A stretch of 64,000 nt of DNA from Tubiluchus corallicola (taxonomy: Eukaryota; Animalia; Priapulida). A program made the position numbers and the translations under genes. This document shows, piece after piece, positions 40,714-55,700 of this stretch. Numbering within the stretch: position 1 is the first letter of the stretch; the number at the start of each line of letters is the position of its first letter. The notes under the pieces are model-generated. The model had not been told where the DNA came from. It did no database searches and worked only from the letters and a program-made list of their open reading frames with translations. The stretch is from assembly GCA_030141605.1 (NCBI GenBank), contig JAQGDQ010000055.1:620001-684000 (forward strand), given 5' to 3'.

Positions 40714-43700
40714 CTGAAGACAGAAAGGCACTTGAAGAGTGAAGGCATTTCAGTATATGACCTTGGTCACCCGCTTCCTACTTAGAATATTGTACTCTGC
40801 ACAAATGCAGAATAAATTAGTTTTAAGATTGATTTTCCATGACTAATTAACACATTGTTCTAAAAAAAGGAGATAACTACAGTTGAACCTCGTTATACCG
40901 CTCCCGTTATAATGCCAACATTGCCATAACGACAACTATTGCCATCTCTCAATTTCCATAATACAATGTAGAGAATACTGTCAACCTTACCTACTGCCAT
41001 CCCCAAACGTATCTGGTGTGCCAAAATCTATTTTACATAATAAATTTACCCCATTATAACAGCAGCCAAGATAAAGTACAATGAATTGTTAGTGAAAAAC
41101 AGCCATTGCATTGTAAAAACAAGGACGTCTGAACAGAAGAACAATACTGATGTTTAAATTAAGATTTACTTGTTGTAAATGACTGTATGAAAGTGAATGC
41201 TAAGGTTTTCAGCAAGAAGCATGCATTTCAAGAGTACAAGAGTTGTGTAGCTAAGGCTTAGTACTGAATTGACAGTGAATTTAACGGCTGTTTCACTCAA
41301 GGTCAAGTTATATGTGGCAGCTATTCGAGTCTTAATCGAACTAGTAATGTTACGTTGGGAGCATGGGTGGGCTGAGTGGCTGCATATTTCTTTTATCAGG
41401 AGACAGCAGTATTACACCTGCATTAATTTTGTTAACAGCAAAATGTACAGTATATTACATATTTTGAAGGTATAATAATATTACACTATTTATGACATGT
41501 TAAAATTAACTAGGAAACACAATAGAGGTTACACACTGGAATAGCTTTAATATTTAATGAACCTTGTTTTACCGCCAGTATAGCACCATACTTAGTGGTA
41601 TCCCAGACCTGGTGTAATAACGATGTTTGACTGTACTATAGCAGATATGCGGTAAAAGCATCAGACGTCCGTCATCATATACTGAGACTAAAGAGTGCAG
41701 TATGGAAATTAACAGGCTATGATTTAACTAATTAATTATAAATTCTGAGGAGCAGAAAGTAATTGAAATACCTGCCCAGCATGTACAAAGTACATTTCAG
41801 TTCCGGCATCACCCCTGTGAAAAATGTACTGATCTGGAATAAACGGCACCAGTGACACCTTCTGGGATAGCATGCGAAAGAAAGCTGTTGACTCGTTTTC
41901 AAAAAGAGAAACCTGGGAACAGCAATACAAGTTATAGAGAAGCTATTCTTGTTGCTAAAGATGTATAGGTAGTTTGTAATGCTAATAGAAAAGCTATTCT
42001 TGTTGCTAGAGATGTAGAGGTAGTTTGTTATGCCAATAGAGAAGCTATTCTTGTTGCTAAAGATGTAAAGGTAGTTTGTTATGCTAACAGAGAAGCTATT
42101 CCTGTTGCTAGAGATGTAGAGGTAGTTTGTTATGCCATCAGATAAGCTATTGTGTTGCTAGACATATAGTTTGTTATGCCATCAGAGAAGCTATTCTGTT
42201 GCTAGAGATATAGTTTGTTATGCCATCAGAAAATCTATTCCTGTTGCTAGAGATGTAAAGGTAGTTTGTTATGCTAACAGAGAAGCTATTCTTGTTGCTA
42301 GAGATATAGTTTGTTATGCCATCAGAGAAGCTATTCTGTTGCTAGAGATATAGTTTGTTATGCTATCAGAGAAGCTATTCTTGTTGCTAGAGATATAGTT
42401 TGTTATGCCATCAGAGAAGCTATTCTTGTTGCTAGATATGTAAATGTAGTTTGTTATGCTAACAGAGAAACTATTCTTGTTGCTAGAGATGTAAAGATAG
42501 TTTGTTAAGCTAACAGAGAAGCTATTCTGTTGCTAGAGATATAGTTTGTTATGCCATCAGAGAAGCTATTCTTGTTGCTAGAGATGTAGAGGTAGTTTGT
42601 TATGCTAACAGAGAAACTATTCTTGTTGCTAGATATGTAAAGGTAGTTTGTTATGCTAACAGAGAAGCTATTCTTGTTGCTAGAGATGTAAAGGTAGTTT
42701 GTTATGCTATCAGAGAAGCTATTCTGTTGCTAGAGATATAGTTTGTTATGCCATCAGAGAAGCTATTCTTGTTGCTAGAGATATAGTTTGTTATGCCATC
42801 AGAGAAGCTATTCTTGTTGCTAGAGATATAGTTTGTTATGCCATCAGAGAAGCTATTCTTGTTGCTAGAGATGTAAAGGTAGTTTGTTATGCTAACAGAG
42901 AAGCTATTCTAGTTGCTAGAGATGTAAAGGTAGTTTGTTATGCTAACAGAGAAGCTATGCTGTTGCTAGAGATATAGTTTGTTATGCCATCAGAGAAGCT
43001 GTTCTTGTTGCTAGAGATGTAAAGGTAGTTTGTTATGCTATCAGAGAAGCTATTCTTGTTGCTAGAGATGTAAAGGTAGTTTGTTATGCTAACAGAGAAA
43101 CTATTCTTGTTGCTAGAGATGTAAAGGTAGTTTGTTGTGCTAACAGAGAAGCTATTTTTGTTGCTAGAGATAGTTTGTTATGCCATCAGAGAAGCTATTC
43201 TTGTTGCTAGAGATGTAAAGGTAGTTTGTTATGCCACCAAAGAAACTATTCTTGTTGCTAGAGATGTAAAGGTAGTTTGTTATGCTAACAGAGAAGCTAT
43301 TCTGTTGCTAGAGATATAGTTTGTTATGCCATCAGAGAAGCTATTCTTGTTGCTAGAGATGTAAAGGTAGTTTGTTATGCCACCAGAGAAACTATTCTTG
43401 TTGCTAGAGATGTAAAGGTAGTTTGTTAAGCTAACAGAGAAGCTATTCTGTTGCTAGAGATATGGTTTGTTATGCCATCTACCACATACAAAAAGCTAAC
43501 CAATCTTATCAGCCCACTTTCTCAAAAACTGTTTATCAAACAGTGATCTCATTATAACATCACAACGCCGGAAAATTTATAATAACAAGTTACCGAACCT
43601 TTTAACATATCCGAATTTCTAGTAACACAAATTACAATTTACCTGTTTTAACATATGTCCACATACAGACATTTGTATCTCAGTCCAAAGGCAGGAAGGC

Positions 43701-46700
43701 AGCTGGCATAACACTGTTTTTGGATCTTTGCCCATGTTATAATTCCAGACATTACTGAAGTGATCAAACACCTTAGTCTGATACGATTTTGAAAATTTGT
43801 GGTTTTTCATAAATTTCTAAAAAAAATGAATAGCTTTTTTTACATTGGGCACATAAAATCACGTTGACATGCAAAGTAATGTTCGCTACTAGGTAGCTGT
43901 TGCTAGCAAAATAAGCACGACTCTAGAACAGTTACATATGTGAAATACATGTTGTTCACTTACGAGCACACCACAATTTAGCTAATTAATTATACAAAAC
44001 TAATTATAACTCATATTTCTTATTACTTTTTAAGTAATTTAATTTTAAATCATTCGATGTTTTGACAAATTCACCCATAAGTGCAGCCACACTTAGTGTA
44101 TGTATGTGCACAATATGTTACATGCAGGTGCAAATTGCTTGAACATGCGGGTCTGACATAGATCTAAATCATCTTATTACCTATCATCTGGGACTGACTG
44201 TGTCATAAGTCGATGACTACTTGTAGTACATGGGCACGCTGCATGCAAGCAAGGACACTGGGAAGAAAAGTATATTTTTACTGACATAACTGCCATTAAT
44301 CCTTTGGAAATCAATAAGTTCTACCATATAAGAATTTTAATTTCTAATAGAGTCGGAGTAATATCGCCAATCAAATGTTTGTGTGACAGTTTTTTCTAAC
44401 AGTGAGCTTGTACAAGGAACAGGAATTAAACTGAATCTTGTCTGCATTAGTACATGAGTTTATGATCTAAGACTACATGTATGCTTGCAAACCATAACCG
44501 TCCATAAGTCGGCATAGTTAAAACTATGTTATGATGCTTCAAAGTAGAAAGCACCAAAAAATTTCAAATGCCAAGTTTTTGTTTTTTATAAAAATGAACT
44601 CTAAATATAACAGACTTTTATATTCTAGCATCAAATTAGCAAGGAAGTGTTTAAAAAATACAAAAAAATTTAATTTTATAACCCCGTACCCACTTTTCTG
44701 GCTAGAAACTAGTACTACATTTGTAAATGCTAGCTCATGGAAGCTGTCATTTTGCTTCGGGTTTTGTCTGTTGTCAAGCCCAAATCTTTGTAAGGAGGAG
44801 CCATTTACTGGATTTAAACATAACTTTAATGTGCTTTTGCACAGTCCATAGCAACCACCTGCTCATATGGTTGCAAAGTGTTTTGCAGATATGTAACAAA
44901 AAACAATGGCGACCTTTAACAGCGATTTTCTGAAGATTATGTTTTTCAGTGCGTAGCATGCACCTCAACTTAAACATGAATTATCTCAGCTCAGAAATAA
45001 CATAGCGTGATGAGCTTGGTATCAGATGGAGATTCGGGGTATGTGAATAACCAGAAAACGTTAATTGCCGACTTATGGACGATTTTGCTATGCAAACACA
45101 CTTGTTAAAAATACCTCCACACATGGTTTCTGTACGGTTTCAATCTGGCAAACACTAAATGTGATAAACTAAATTAAATGTAGTTCACTTTGTTAGACAT
45201 ATTATTACCTGGCAATGACAGTTTTATAAAGCTGTTATAAAATGCTTCTTAAAATGACAGAATATCAGACCATTGGGCCTCCAACTCCCAAATCACACCG
45301 GTCAAAACAAGTTAGTCTTTAACGTTCAAGAAAAAGTGGTACCTTTACAGAACGCATGCTTGTTTCAAAATTTGTTCTCATATTTTCCCGATTTGCTAGA
45401 GTCGACGAAATATTTCCCAAAATAAAACCAAACATGAGTTTCCCAAAAACCATGGCAAGACACGACAATACTGAAAGAGCAAAAGACGTTCATTATCGTC
45501 ATTGTAGCATCAGCACAAGTAGTTTCAAAAGTGCGAAAATCTTCCTACAGAAATTTGCTTACTTATTTGTATATTGTAGTATTCTAACATATATTTAAAA
45601 TAGTACTTGAGGAATTCTGTCTGACTTCAACAACAAGCATCAACAATTACATGAAAAACAGCTTACGGAATGGTAAGAAATGCTTAATTTTTATTAGCAA
45701 ATTTCAATAACAAAAAAGATGTGATTTAATTGCTGATATGTATTTTTGTGAAATGAAGCCATACCAAGTAAACGAAGTTATATAATATCATTTTAAATTC
45801 AATCCAAAGTTTTACAGCACTGACAAGTACAAAGGTACAATAACCAACATTGTAATGTTTTGGAGATGGTTAAATTTACCGATATTCTTATAAAGGTACC
45901 TTTATAAAATATTTTTATATTTTTAAACATCCTGTGAATCATATATTTACCCAAGAGTAAAATCAGAACAAGCTCTGTAAAAAGTACTTCAGTAAAAATT
46001 ACATACTCATTTCTCGTTTATTTACGCTATGAATGTCGCCGTAACCAGTAGCAGTCATAGTTGCTACACTCCAGTACAAACACAGCATATACGCCCTGTC
46101 TGGTGAAATTTCTTTCTCTTTTACTGTAGAAAAAAATTGTTAATAAATGACCAACCTTTCAGTGACAGTGTTTACAATTAAATGATGGATGATTGCGAGG
46201 GTGTGGAGTGGATAACACTCATGTATGAAGCAGATATTGTCTTGACTTATAAAGCAAAAGTGAGAGTGATGCAAACTTGGCAAACGCAAAAAGAAAATCC
46301 TTCAGCATTCAGCGGCACGTGAAAACACCATATAACACCATTATAGCCAACATGGTTTATTGCGTAAACACTGGTAATGCGAACTCACAAAAAAGAACGA
46401 ACTTTCATCAGTTATTTAACTAGTATAATAGCTTAGAAAGCAGCGCACTCGGTTGTCAGGCCCACTACTTGCATTACTAGGTAATTATAGAGTTTTTCTG
46501 CATACTTTACCTTTGTCAACTGTTTCTATATTAATTTGCAGTTAAATTTAATCCATCATTTTTGGTGCCGCACAAAAGATGCAGCTTGCAGAGTTGCTAA
46601 CACGTCGTGTCAAAATGCCATTTTGTCTACTAGCTATATAAGAACAATGAGTCACTCAGTGGTTTGGCACTCAGCTGAGATGCTTCATGAAATGATAAGC

Positions 46701-49700
46701 CCTACAGTCCCTCTGCAAAAACTTTTTAAACAAGGGACAAACAGAAATTGTGTGTAAGCAAAACTGACTGACTTTGAATCTCACTGAATCCTTATTATTC
46801 TCAACTGAACATGTACATGCATTCATTAATTTTTAGTTTCACAAAGTCACATAAAATACTTTTTACTAAATGTGAATAAACAGTAAAGTAGTTGATACCT
46901 GATAGGATCCTCTAAAAGTACTTCATATCCTCTATGAATCCACACACTGTACTTTATTTATACACTTTTATTGTTATTACTTGCATGACTATCTAGTAGT
47001 CATATAGATATTATTAGTTGAGTATGCTTACAGAGTATACATCGGCTACAGAGTACTTTTTTCTGGGTCACTAGCACGTTCGCTGTTAATGACATAATAC
47101 TGTTATACTAATTATACTGGTGTTAGCATGTGCCCCATTCATCCTCCCCTTTTGCAGATGTCTGATAAGTAAAATGAATTAGAGCTTCTCTGAGGCTCAA
47201 ACTCTTTCTGCTCACCACAAGTACAAGCACACTTTTGAAAATATTACACATAAGCAAATGATGAAATTTCACTTTACCTAATATTTCTTGAAACCAGGAA
47301 TCTTTAATGCACGATTCGACGCCGTGTACGCAGACTATAAAAAACCACAAGCAGGCAAAACTGTGCATGAGAAGTGCTAGTAGACAGCTAGATTTCAAAG
47401 CTCTCACAGTCAATAAACTAAAAGAAAATGCATAAAAAGTTAAAAAGATAAATTTATGTTAATTAAAGAAACGTTACAGACAGAATCATGGATGTGATAA
47501 TAAAAAATATGTTTTTATTTGCTAATAAATAGATATTTTACAGCCCATAAACATCAGCAAAATGCAGCACCTTGAAAACAGTGCTGCATTTCAAGGTGTT
47601 GTATTACATTGAGGAAGCAACTCGTAATGGGCTGCGAAATATGTCTATTTATTAGGAAATAAAACATAATTCATTTATTATAACATCCATGATTCCATCT
47701 GTTATCTTTGTTTAATTAATGTTTTCGACAATGGATGCCAAACCTATTAAAATCTTGAGACATATTTATACTCTATAAACATGTACAAGTAGTATGTGAA
47801 CATGTAGACGAAATTAACAACAACAGAAAAAACCCTGCCTTTCCTGCCTGGGACTTGAACACAGGACATTTTGAATGGGCGGTTGGCCATTCATGTTGAT
47901 TATATTACCAAATCCAACGCTAGTTCAGAATTTTGACCGGTTCAGTTCAGTTCAGTTGGAAACAAAAACCCGAGACAGGCAAACCTCAGATCTGCAGACT
48001 GTATTTTTTCCATCAAAAATCATGTTAAAATCCATTAATTAGTAATGTGACCTAAATGCAACAAATAGACAGATTTTCAAAATGTGTTTTTTTTTTTCAA
48101 ACAAACCAATAGCATCAGAAAGCAAGATGCAAAATACAATTCCTAGGTAAAAGCCTGAAATAATTATTAAAGTGATAGAACAAATTTTTGGTAGCACTGA
48201 AAGGTCTAAAATTTTGAGCTGCTGGCTACAGATCACAGGAAGTTTGGAAAGGACATTTTTGCATCAATTGGATACCATTAACTCTGATGAAGTCTCTTAC
48301 TTTGACTGGCAGTCATTCTTGTGAAAGAAGTGTTTGTTAAATATGTATTAGTTTTGTCTTGTAGCAAAACGTTCACTTAAACAAGTCCGACTCACAAACA
48401 CAAAAGCATTTTAAATCGTGTTGAGCAAAACACAATATGACTTACTTAGAATGAATATCATTTTCCCATTTGTAAAAGAATTGCAGAAGCCGAGGGAAAC
48501 GTATCAGATGGAATAATCGCAGGTAGCTCAAAGCATCCAACTTGTTCGGCATGGCCAAAGCGAAAATCTCTACAGGGAAAACTGCAAGTAAGTCAAATGG
48601 CAAGCCATAAATATGTTTTACATATGCCTCTTTTATTGCCTCATAATCCACCACTAGTTCTCCTTTATCTCCTCTGAAAGCTGTTCGGGCGTTTAGCACC
48701 ACCTAAAAATGTGCACAAGTTCAGGAGCAAATCTAAAGTCAACATACATAAAACCAATTTAATGTGTTTGAAAACTATTATTGTGATGTGTTTGAAAACT
48801 ATTAATTTAATATGTTTGAAAACTATTTATTTAATGTGTTTGAAAACTATTATTTTAATGTGCTTAAAAACTATTATTTTAATGTGTTTGAAAACTATTA
48901 TTTTAATGCGTTTGAAAGCTATTATTTTAATATGTTTGAAAACTATTATTTTAATATGTTTGAAAACTATTATTTCAATGTGCTTGAAAACTATTATTTT
49001 AATGTGTTTGAAAGCTATTATTTTAATATGTTTGATAACTATTGTTTTAATGTGTTTGAAACTATTATTTTAATGTGCTTGAAAACTATTATTTTGAAGT
49101 GTTTGAAACTATTATTTTAATGTGTTTGAAAACTATTATCTTAATATGTTTGAAAACTATTATCTTAATATGTTTGAAAACTATTATTTTAATGTGTTTG
49201 AAAACTATTACATATGCACAAATGGCAAAATTTTGACAGGAAAGACACAAACATAATACTCTAGTGTTTCATCAGTGGCATTTGACATCCCAAAGAAAAA
49301 AGCAATTTAAAAAACTGAAGATCCCATATGCAAACAGCATTCCTACTCGAAGTTTAAGCGGAATTGCTATTTTTTATTCAGTTTAAGTTACACGTCGGTT
49401 CATCTCCACATGAGACAGATCTGTCAGTTACTTTAATTCATTACACGTCTGAGAAAAATGGGAGACATAAAATTAAATAAACAATACGAGTTTGTTCAGT
49501 TCCAAGCTTCCAACTTATTCTAGCATTCTACTGTTTCCCTTTTCTCTTTCCCAGGCTTTCCTCTTTCTAATTTTCTCTCACTCCCTCTTTTTTTAAATTT
49601 CATAACGCATCTTTTTTATATGCCGGTAACCTCCTTTCTCACACCCTACTGTCTCCCTGCCTATCACTTGGATAAATAATTACAAAAAATAGACAAGAAT

Positions 49701-52700
49701 GTTTACACACCTTAACCATGATTATCACCTCACACAGGTAGCACAAAATGTAATAATATGCATCATGGACTTGAAAACATGCCTAAAAAACAATGTCACA
49801 TTTTAATAAATAATAAAGCCGTCACTATTGCTGTTCTAAGAATGAGAATATATTTTGATATTTTGCAATGTAAGCACAAATGTAATCTTACTGTATAAAT
49901 TTATTGATGGAATGCTGATGAACTACTAAAAATAAAAAAAACTAAAAGCAAATCTCAAATTATTACTAACTAAAATGAGTTGAAAACATGTGCAACTCTT
50001 ACCTGAAAGCTTGTAATCATGATGCTAACGAAGATGGCTAAAGCACTGGCAAAAGTGAAAAGGCGGACAACACAAAATTCCGGATCAAGTACATAATAAA
50101 GCTTGGCATGTGACGCAAGTGTTAATCTCCTAATACATGACTGTTCACGTTTTGGCTGATGAAAATTCACTATAAAGAATTTTATGATATATAAAGAGAA
50201 GAATTACAAGTCACTAAAAAAGACTCATTGATTTAACTGAAATCGTCATTTCAGAAACACTGTAAACTTCGCACTATCACGGGTACAATTTAAACTTTAC
50301 TCATCTAGTCAGGACGAAATGACGAAGCGACTAAATGGAGCCATTGCATGCAGAGGTATGAATGAACGCACTTTCCAAGACATTATGAAGCACCCTTATT
50401 GACAGATAGAAATTTTCCTTGCTTAAAACAGCAAAAAGAAAAACAGAATTTTCTAAGAACTGGCTAGAAAATGAACATAAAAGTATCTAAAATCATTGAA
50501 AGCAATTGGCAAAAATTGCAGCTTTGGGCAAAACCTGAAAAACTGATAAGCCATATGTACCTGCCAATTGACGTAAGTTTCATAAAAACAGGCTGTCGCA
50601 AGAGAATAAGCGTGATAATGTCACACTCAGAGTGTAAAATTTGTACAGCTGAACGCCTTTACTATTTGCTGATATTTTCATGTTTTCAAATGCAATAGTT
50701 TAAAATTTTGCAGAACTTACCTCGGTTAGGAATGCCAACAAGTATTGAATTATTGTGATACTGGAAGTAAAAAGAAAATGCATTAAGCAAACGATTCTAT
50801 GAAAGCCGGAGCTGTTATGATTTTAAGCTTCAGAATTGTGAAACAGTTTCAAAATACATCATCTAACCACAGAATGTTTGAGCAAAAACTGTGTATACAT
50901 TTCAGTACAAGCAAACAATAGCCAAATAACAAACTTAAACATCAGTCAATACAGAACGGTAATTTAGTCTCTCACTAGAGGGTGACACTGCACTCCAACC
51001 TTACAAAGGAAAGCAAAGTACTCAAAAAAAAGAATGTCTATAATTACCAGATCTGCGAAACTCAAAGCACTGGAACTCAGGACAGGATGTTTCCACTCTT
51101 CACTCCTTTGGATAGCTTTTTTGAAAAAATAACGTTTTACCTCTGGAAAGCAGGACGCGACCCAGTCAAAGTCATCCTTATGCAGTACGAATAGATAACA
51201 GTTTGTATCTGCGCTAAAGAACAAAATCCAGTCAAGAAAAACAAGTGAAAACAGCATCACGTAACCATTGTTACTATTCAAGTAAATAAAAACATTTTCC
51301 ACAGCAACTTCGTTTCAAAATCACAGAACAAATTTCAACCATGTTGAACAATTTTTGCATTTTATGGCTCTTAATTTAAGTATGAAAGCAGAACTTGAAA
51401 TCACGGAGACTCTGAATTCATTGAAAATGTTTTAGCTATGTTCTGTATGTTTGCTATGTGTCTGTTATGTTCTTCGGGTCTCGGCAATTGTTAATCATAT
51501 TTAAACTGACCGCTATTCATCTGTTGTCAACTTAGTATTTCATTCCTTATGTAATAGTTAGTGCCACCATAACCTGTTGCTGTAAGGATGTTCATTAATC
51601 CTTTCACTACATTGTTGCTTTTTAACTGGGCCACATTGACTTTTGCACATTTCACAATAACTTCTTGTGGTGTGTTACTAATTCAGAATCTTGTAAATGA
51701 ACAAATAGCTGTTCGTTATTAAGTACTAATATTAAATATTAGTTATATTTCTACATATGCACACACATGTGAGAAATATGTAGAACACATACATGCACTC
51801 GCGCACACATACACACGTGCACCAATCATAAATAAGCGTGTACTTATATTTAGAAACCAGTTTTCACAAAAGGCACAATACTAATCCATAATATGCAATA
51901 TCGTTTTATAAGAAATCAGAACAATCAACTAAACACATTTCGTCAATGATCTACAAGTGATTTTGTGTGGGAACATACCATACAGTACAATGAATTGTTA
52001 CAATTATCAGCCTTAGGGATACATTTCTTTTGTAATAGAATCAAACATGTCTACTTTGTTACACTTCGGTGATGAAGTCAACAATAATAATGAAACAGCA
52101 GTAATATTAATAATAGTTATAATAACAATAATAGTAATACATAATGGTTGCATTTCTTGGCACGTTGCGTAAAAGTGCTCGTTCTCCAAAATACTCTCCT
52201 ACACGTAATGTGACTTGTCTTTCAAAGGTTTCTTCATCGATAACAGATGCAGTACCATCATGAATAAAGAACATCTGTAAAACAAGAAACAGTTCCTGCT
52301 GACATAGTAGGATCATGTAGTAGCAGTAGTAATATAATCTTTATTTTGCCTTTTTAAAAACATTGACAATCATAATAAAAAAGACAGACAACCAGTGTTA
52401 GTTCATATAAAAAACACACACTGTTCTGGGCAAATGTGTCTGGTGCAAGTTAAACTATAAGTGCAACAAGAAATTCAAAAACAAAAGATAAACTACAAAC
52501 ACGCAATGCACTACAAAAAAACTACACACGATATTTCTTTCTTGCACACACTTTCATGCCTGCACGTACGCATGCACGCACACACCATATTATAGTCTAG
52601 TAAGACCTAGGATAAATGAAATCATGATTTTGAGTGAATATCATCATGTTCATGTGTAAGATATTCAAAACGGGTAATTAAATATTGTTTTAATTTAGAC

Positions 52701-55700
52701 TTGAATATTGATAAAGAGCTGCTTTGTTTTAGTGATGTCAGTAATGAATTCCAAAGTTGTATTGGTTGTTTAGTAATGAAATTTTTTCCATATTGATTGT
52801 TTATTCTAATATTTCTTAAATTTAGCCTTTTATTATTCATACTGAGGTTTTGAAAAAGAGGGAGCTTATTGTTGATGTATTTATAGAGGAAGAGGAGAGT
52901 TTGACAAGTCTGTGGGCTTCGAAAATGGGGATTTTCATGTATTATCTTAAAGAGGCTGCAGAGTTTTTATTTTTATTGTCAGATGATTTCAAAGAATAAC
53001 CATTAACTAATTAACTAATTAGTTAGTGTCACGATGATTGAATAAAATTAAGAAATAAGAGTGTCTTATTACTTAAAAAGTTTATATCTCTGTTTTATAT
53101 GCCAAAAACAACATGAAAAAGATAAGAAACAGTTCAACTAAATGGCATTTAGTACTTTATTATAAGAAAAACCATTTTTTTAGAAGCACAGTGAAAAAGA
53201 TAGATAGGAAAATACAGCAGTAAATCAGTTCTGATACAGTTTTGGAAGGTGTAAAAGATTTAGTAAAGACTGTTAAGAAACCACTCAAGCGAATGTAATG
53301 GGATGTTGATCTCCCACAAATATGTCCACACAGTATTGTCAGGATTTTGGGACAACGATCACTCGAACATGTGATATTTCTAACGAATGACAGAATCGGC
53401 AACGCTGCTGTTCAAAGGTTGAATTGCTATTAACTTACACAAATTACTAATTATGATGAAACTGTTATCAGCTACAGAACAGAACAAACTGATTATGTAA
53501 ACATTTAACTGCACATATGAACAGAATTTGTAGTATTATGACTGGCCAGATTGAGAAACTTATGGGCCAGAAATCCAGAAATGATATCTAACCTTCTATT
53601 ACCAAATTTAGCTCACAAGAAAAAATTTAAGATTCACGTAAACAAACAGGCACGCATATATTTTATGTTTATATACCTCTAGACCGATATCATCTTTCCG
53701 TACGATGTATTCTCCTTTCATGATGTACAAAGGCCTAATAGCCTTAGCTAACAACTTCTTAAAACTTACGTCCATATCTTTGAATTCTGGAACCTGTGGC
53801 AAAACAAACAGAAAAGAAATAGTGGCTAATTGCCAAACAAAAATGTTAAACTATTAGACCAGAAATAGAATTAGCAGTTGAAAACCTATAGTGACTTACC
53901 AACTTGTGAAAATTATAAAACTAATTAATGTTAACTAGTCTTATAATTGCTATGTTTTTAAACAAGCTTTCTGGCAAAGAACATGAATTTATTTACTGTA
54001 AAATTAAAAACTCTCTTTGGCTAACTACAAAAGACCTACTTGTACATTTTCTCTAAACATACAAATGCAAGATGTTAATTATGTAATTGCATGAGAGCAA
54101 CGTAAAGTAAAAGTGTAACAACTTCACAAAAAGAACCTCGTCAATAACAGTTTGATAGACTGAAAATGTTGTAACTCCCAGCAGTGATGGTGGCAGCATG
54201 CTGAACAACTTTGCAGGATCTGTCCCCTTTGATCGGAGCCACACATATTCCAAATGTCCAACGGCGCGATTTTTCAAATCGGTATCAACTCGCGCATTCT
54301 GAAAAAATATATTAGAGATACCCTGTAAAGAAACAATAACGTAAATATTTTTGGAAATTAAAAAAACACCAGATGTTTAATGCATATTTGCTGGTAGTCC
54401 TAACCGGGTTAAGTACTGCAAATTAAAATTCTAAACTATCATTAATATATTAACTAGAATTTGCATATGAAAATGTAAAAATACTGCATAACAGTGAAAC
54501 TGTTCAGCTATAAAACTGTCCCACTGCAAATAGCAGCAATTCACTAAACTCCTTTAGGTATTACTTCACGATAAAATAATAAATTCGGCAAGTTCAAGTG
54601 CCACTAATCTACTGGCTTAAACTTTTAGTTAACTCCTTCAGGACCACATGATTCAAAATAGGTCTCAAATCAACTTATTTATCTTATAAGACCTCTGACT
54701 TTTCTGCTACTGTATGAGCACAGACATAACTAAATGATTACAAATTAGGCACTGTTCTATTCAGGAGAATCTTGTCTGCCAATTCATGCTATTTGTTTAA
54801 ACATTTAAACATTTATAAATGAATGAATTGTGTAAAATTAAGAAAAACACGCTCTTCTCAGGCACTCGAACTTAGCCTATCAAGTAACTTGGTATACATC
54901 CTACAGCCTTGGAGAACTGTCTGCTGTACAGAGTTCCAGGGAAAGCCAGCCGATCAGCCAAGCAAAAACTAACAGCTGCATCTTTTAACAGGAATTTCTC
55001 GTTAAAAATAGAGTAGACTTGACGCCAAAGTGTATCATAGTGCTGTGTCTGGATAGCTGAAATTTTCTACATTAGCCGATTTCACACAAATGATATTTAC
55101 ATTGTTGCCGTGCAAACACTGCAGTTATTGAAAGCTTTTTTCAATTTTTTCGTCAAAAATCCATTTTTAATTTGTCTAAGGTAAGCATGAAAATCCATTG
55201 TGTGAGAAGAAGGAACCAACAAAAATTATCAAATATAACATAATCACTGCTTAACAAGAGGAGTTTTTCAAGAACAAATGCAAAATGCAGCAAATGCTTA
55301 TGGTTCTGGAGGAGTTAAAGAAGTAAGTAGGTAAGTTTATCAACAGTCGACTAATATTATATAACTTAAGAAGTAAGCTGAAGAGAAATGTTTAATGTTT
55401 ATACAAATCAGCAAATATTTAGAGTAACTAAGCTAAACACCCTCAGGTTAACTGCTTGTTTTTCCAGTAAAGTGTGTTGCATAGGGAGAAAAAAAATCAC
55501 GCTCGATTATAACGGACTATGCTTCCCCCAATTAGTACAGCATAACAAGAGTTTATAGTACAATCGATTTTGCAATAAATGTTTAAAAAAACTCCAACAA
55601 AACTGAATACTAAAAAGCAGTAGTGGTCAGCATTTCAGTTCAGCCTGGAAACAGCTTACCTTGCAGTACCGCAGTAAAATTTTGATGTGCTCCAAAAATC

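Noticed and set aside
41936-43478. CRISPR-like array or repeat-protein ORFs (ARDIVCYAIREAILV)
   Set aside because: The units are directly tandem with no unique spacers, the context is a eukaryotic intron, and the ORFs are translation artefacts on the antisense strand
48711-49120. ORFs MCLKTIIL.. and FENYYFNV..
   Set aside because: They are translations of a 24 bp minisatellite inside a gene B intron
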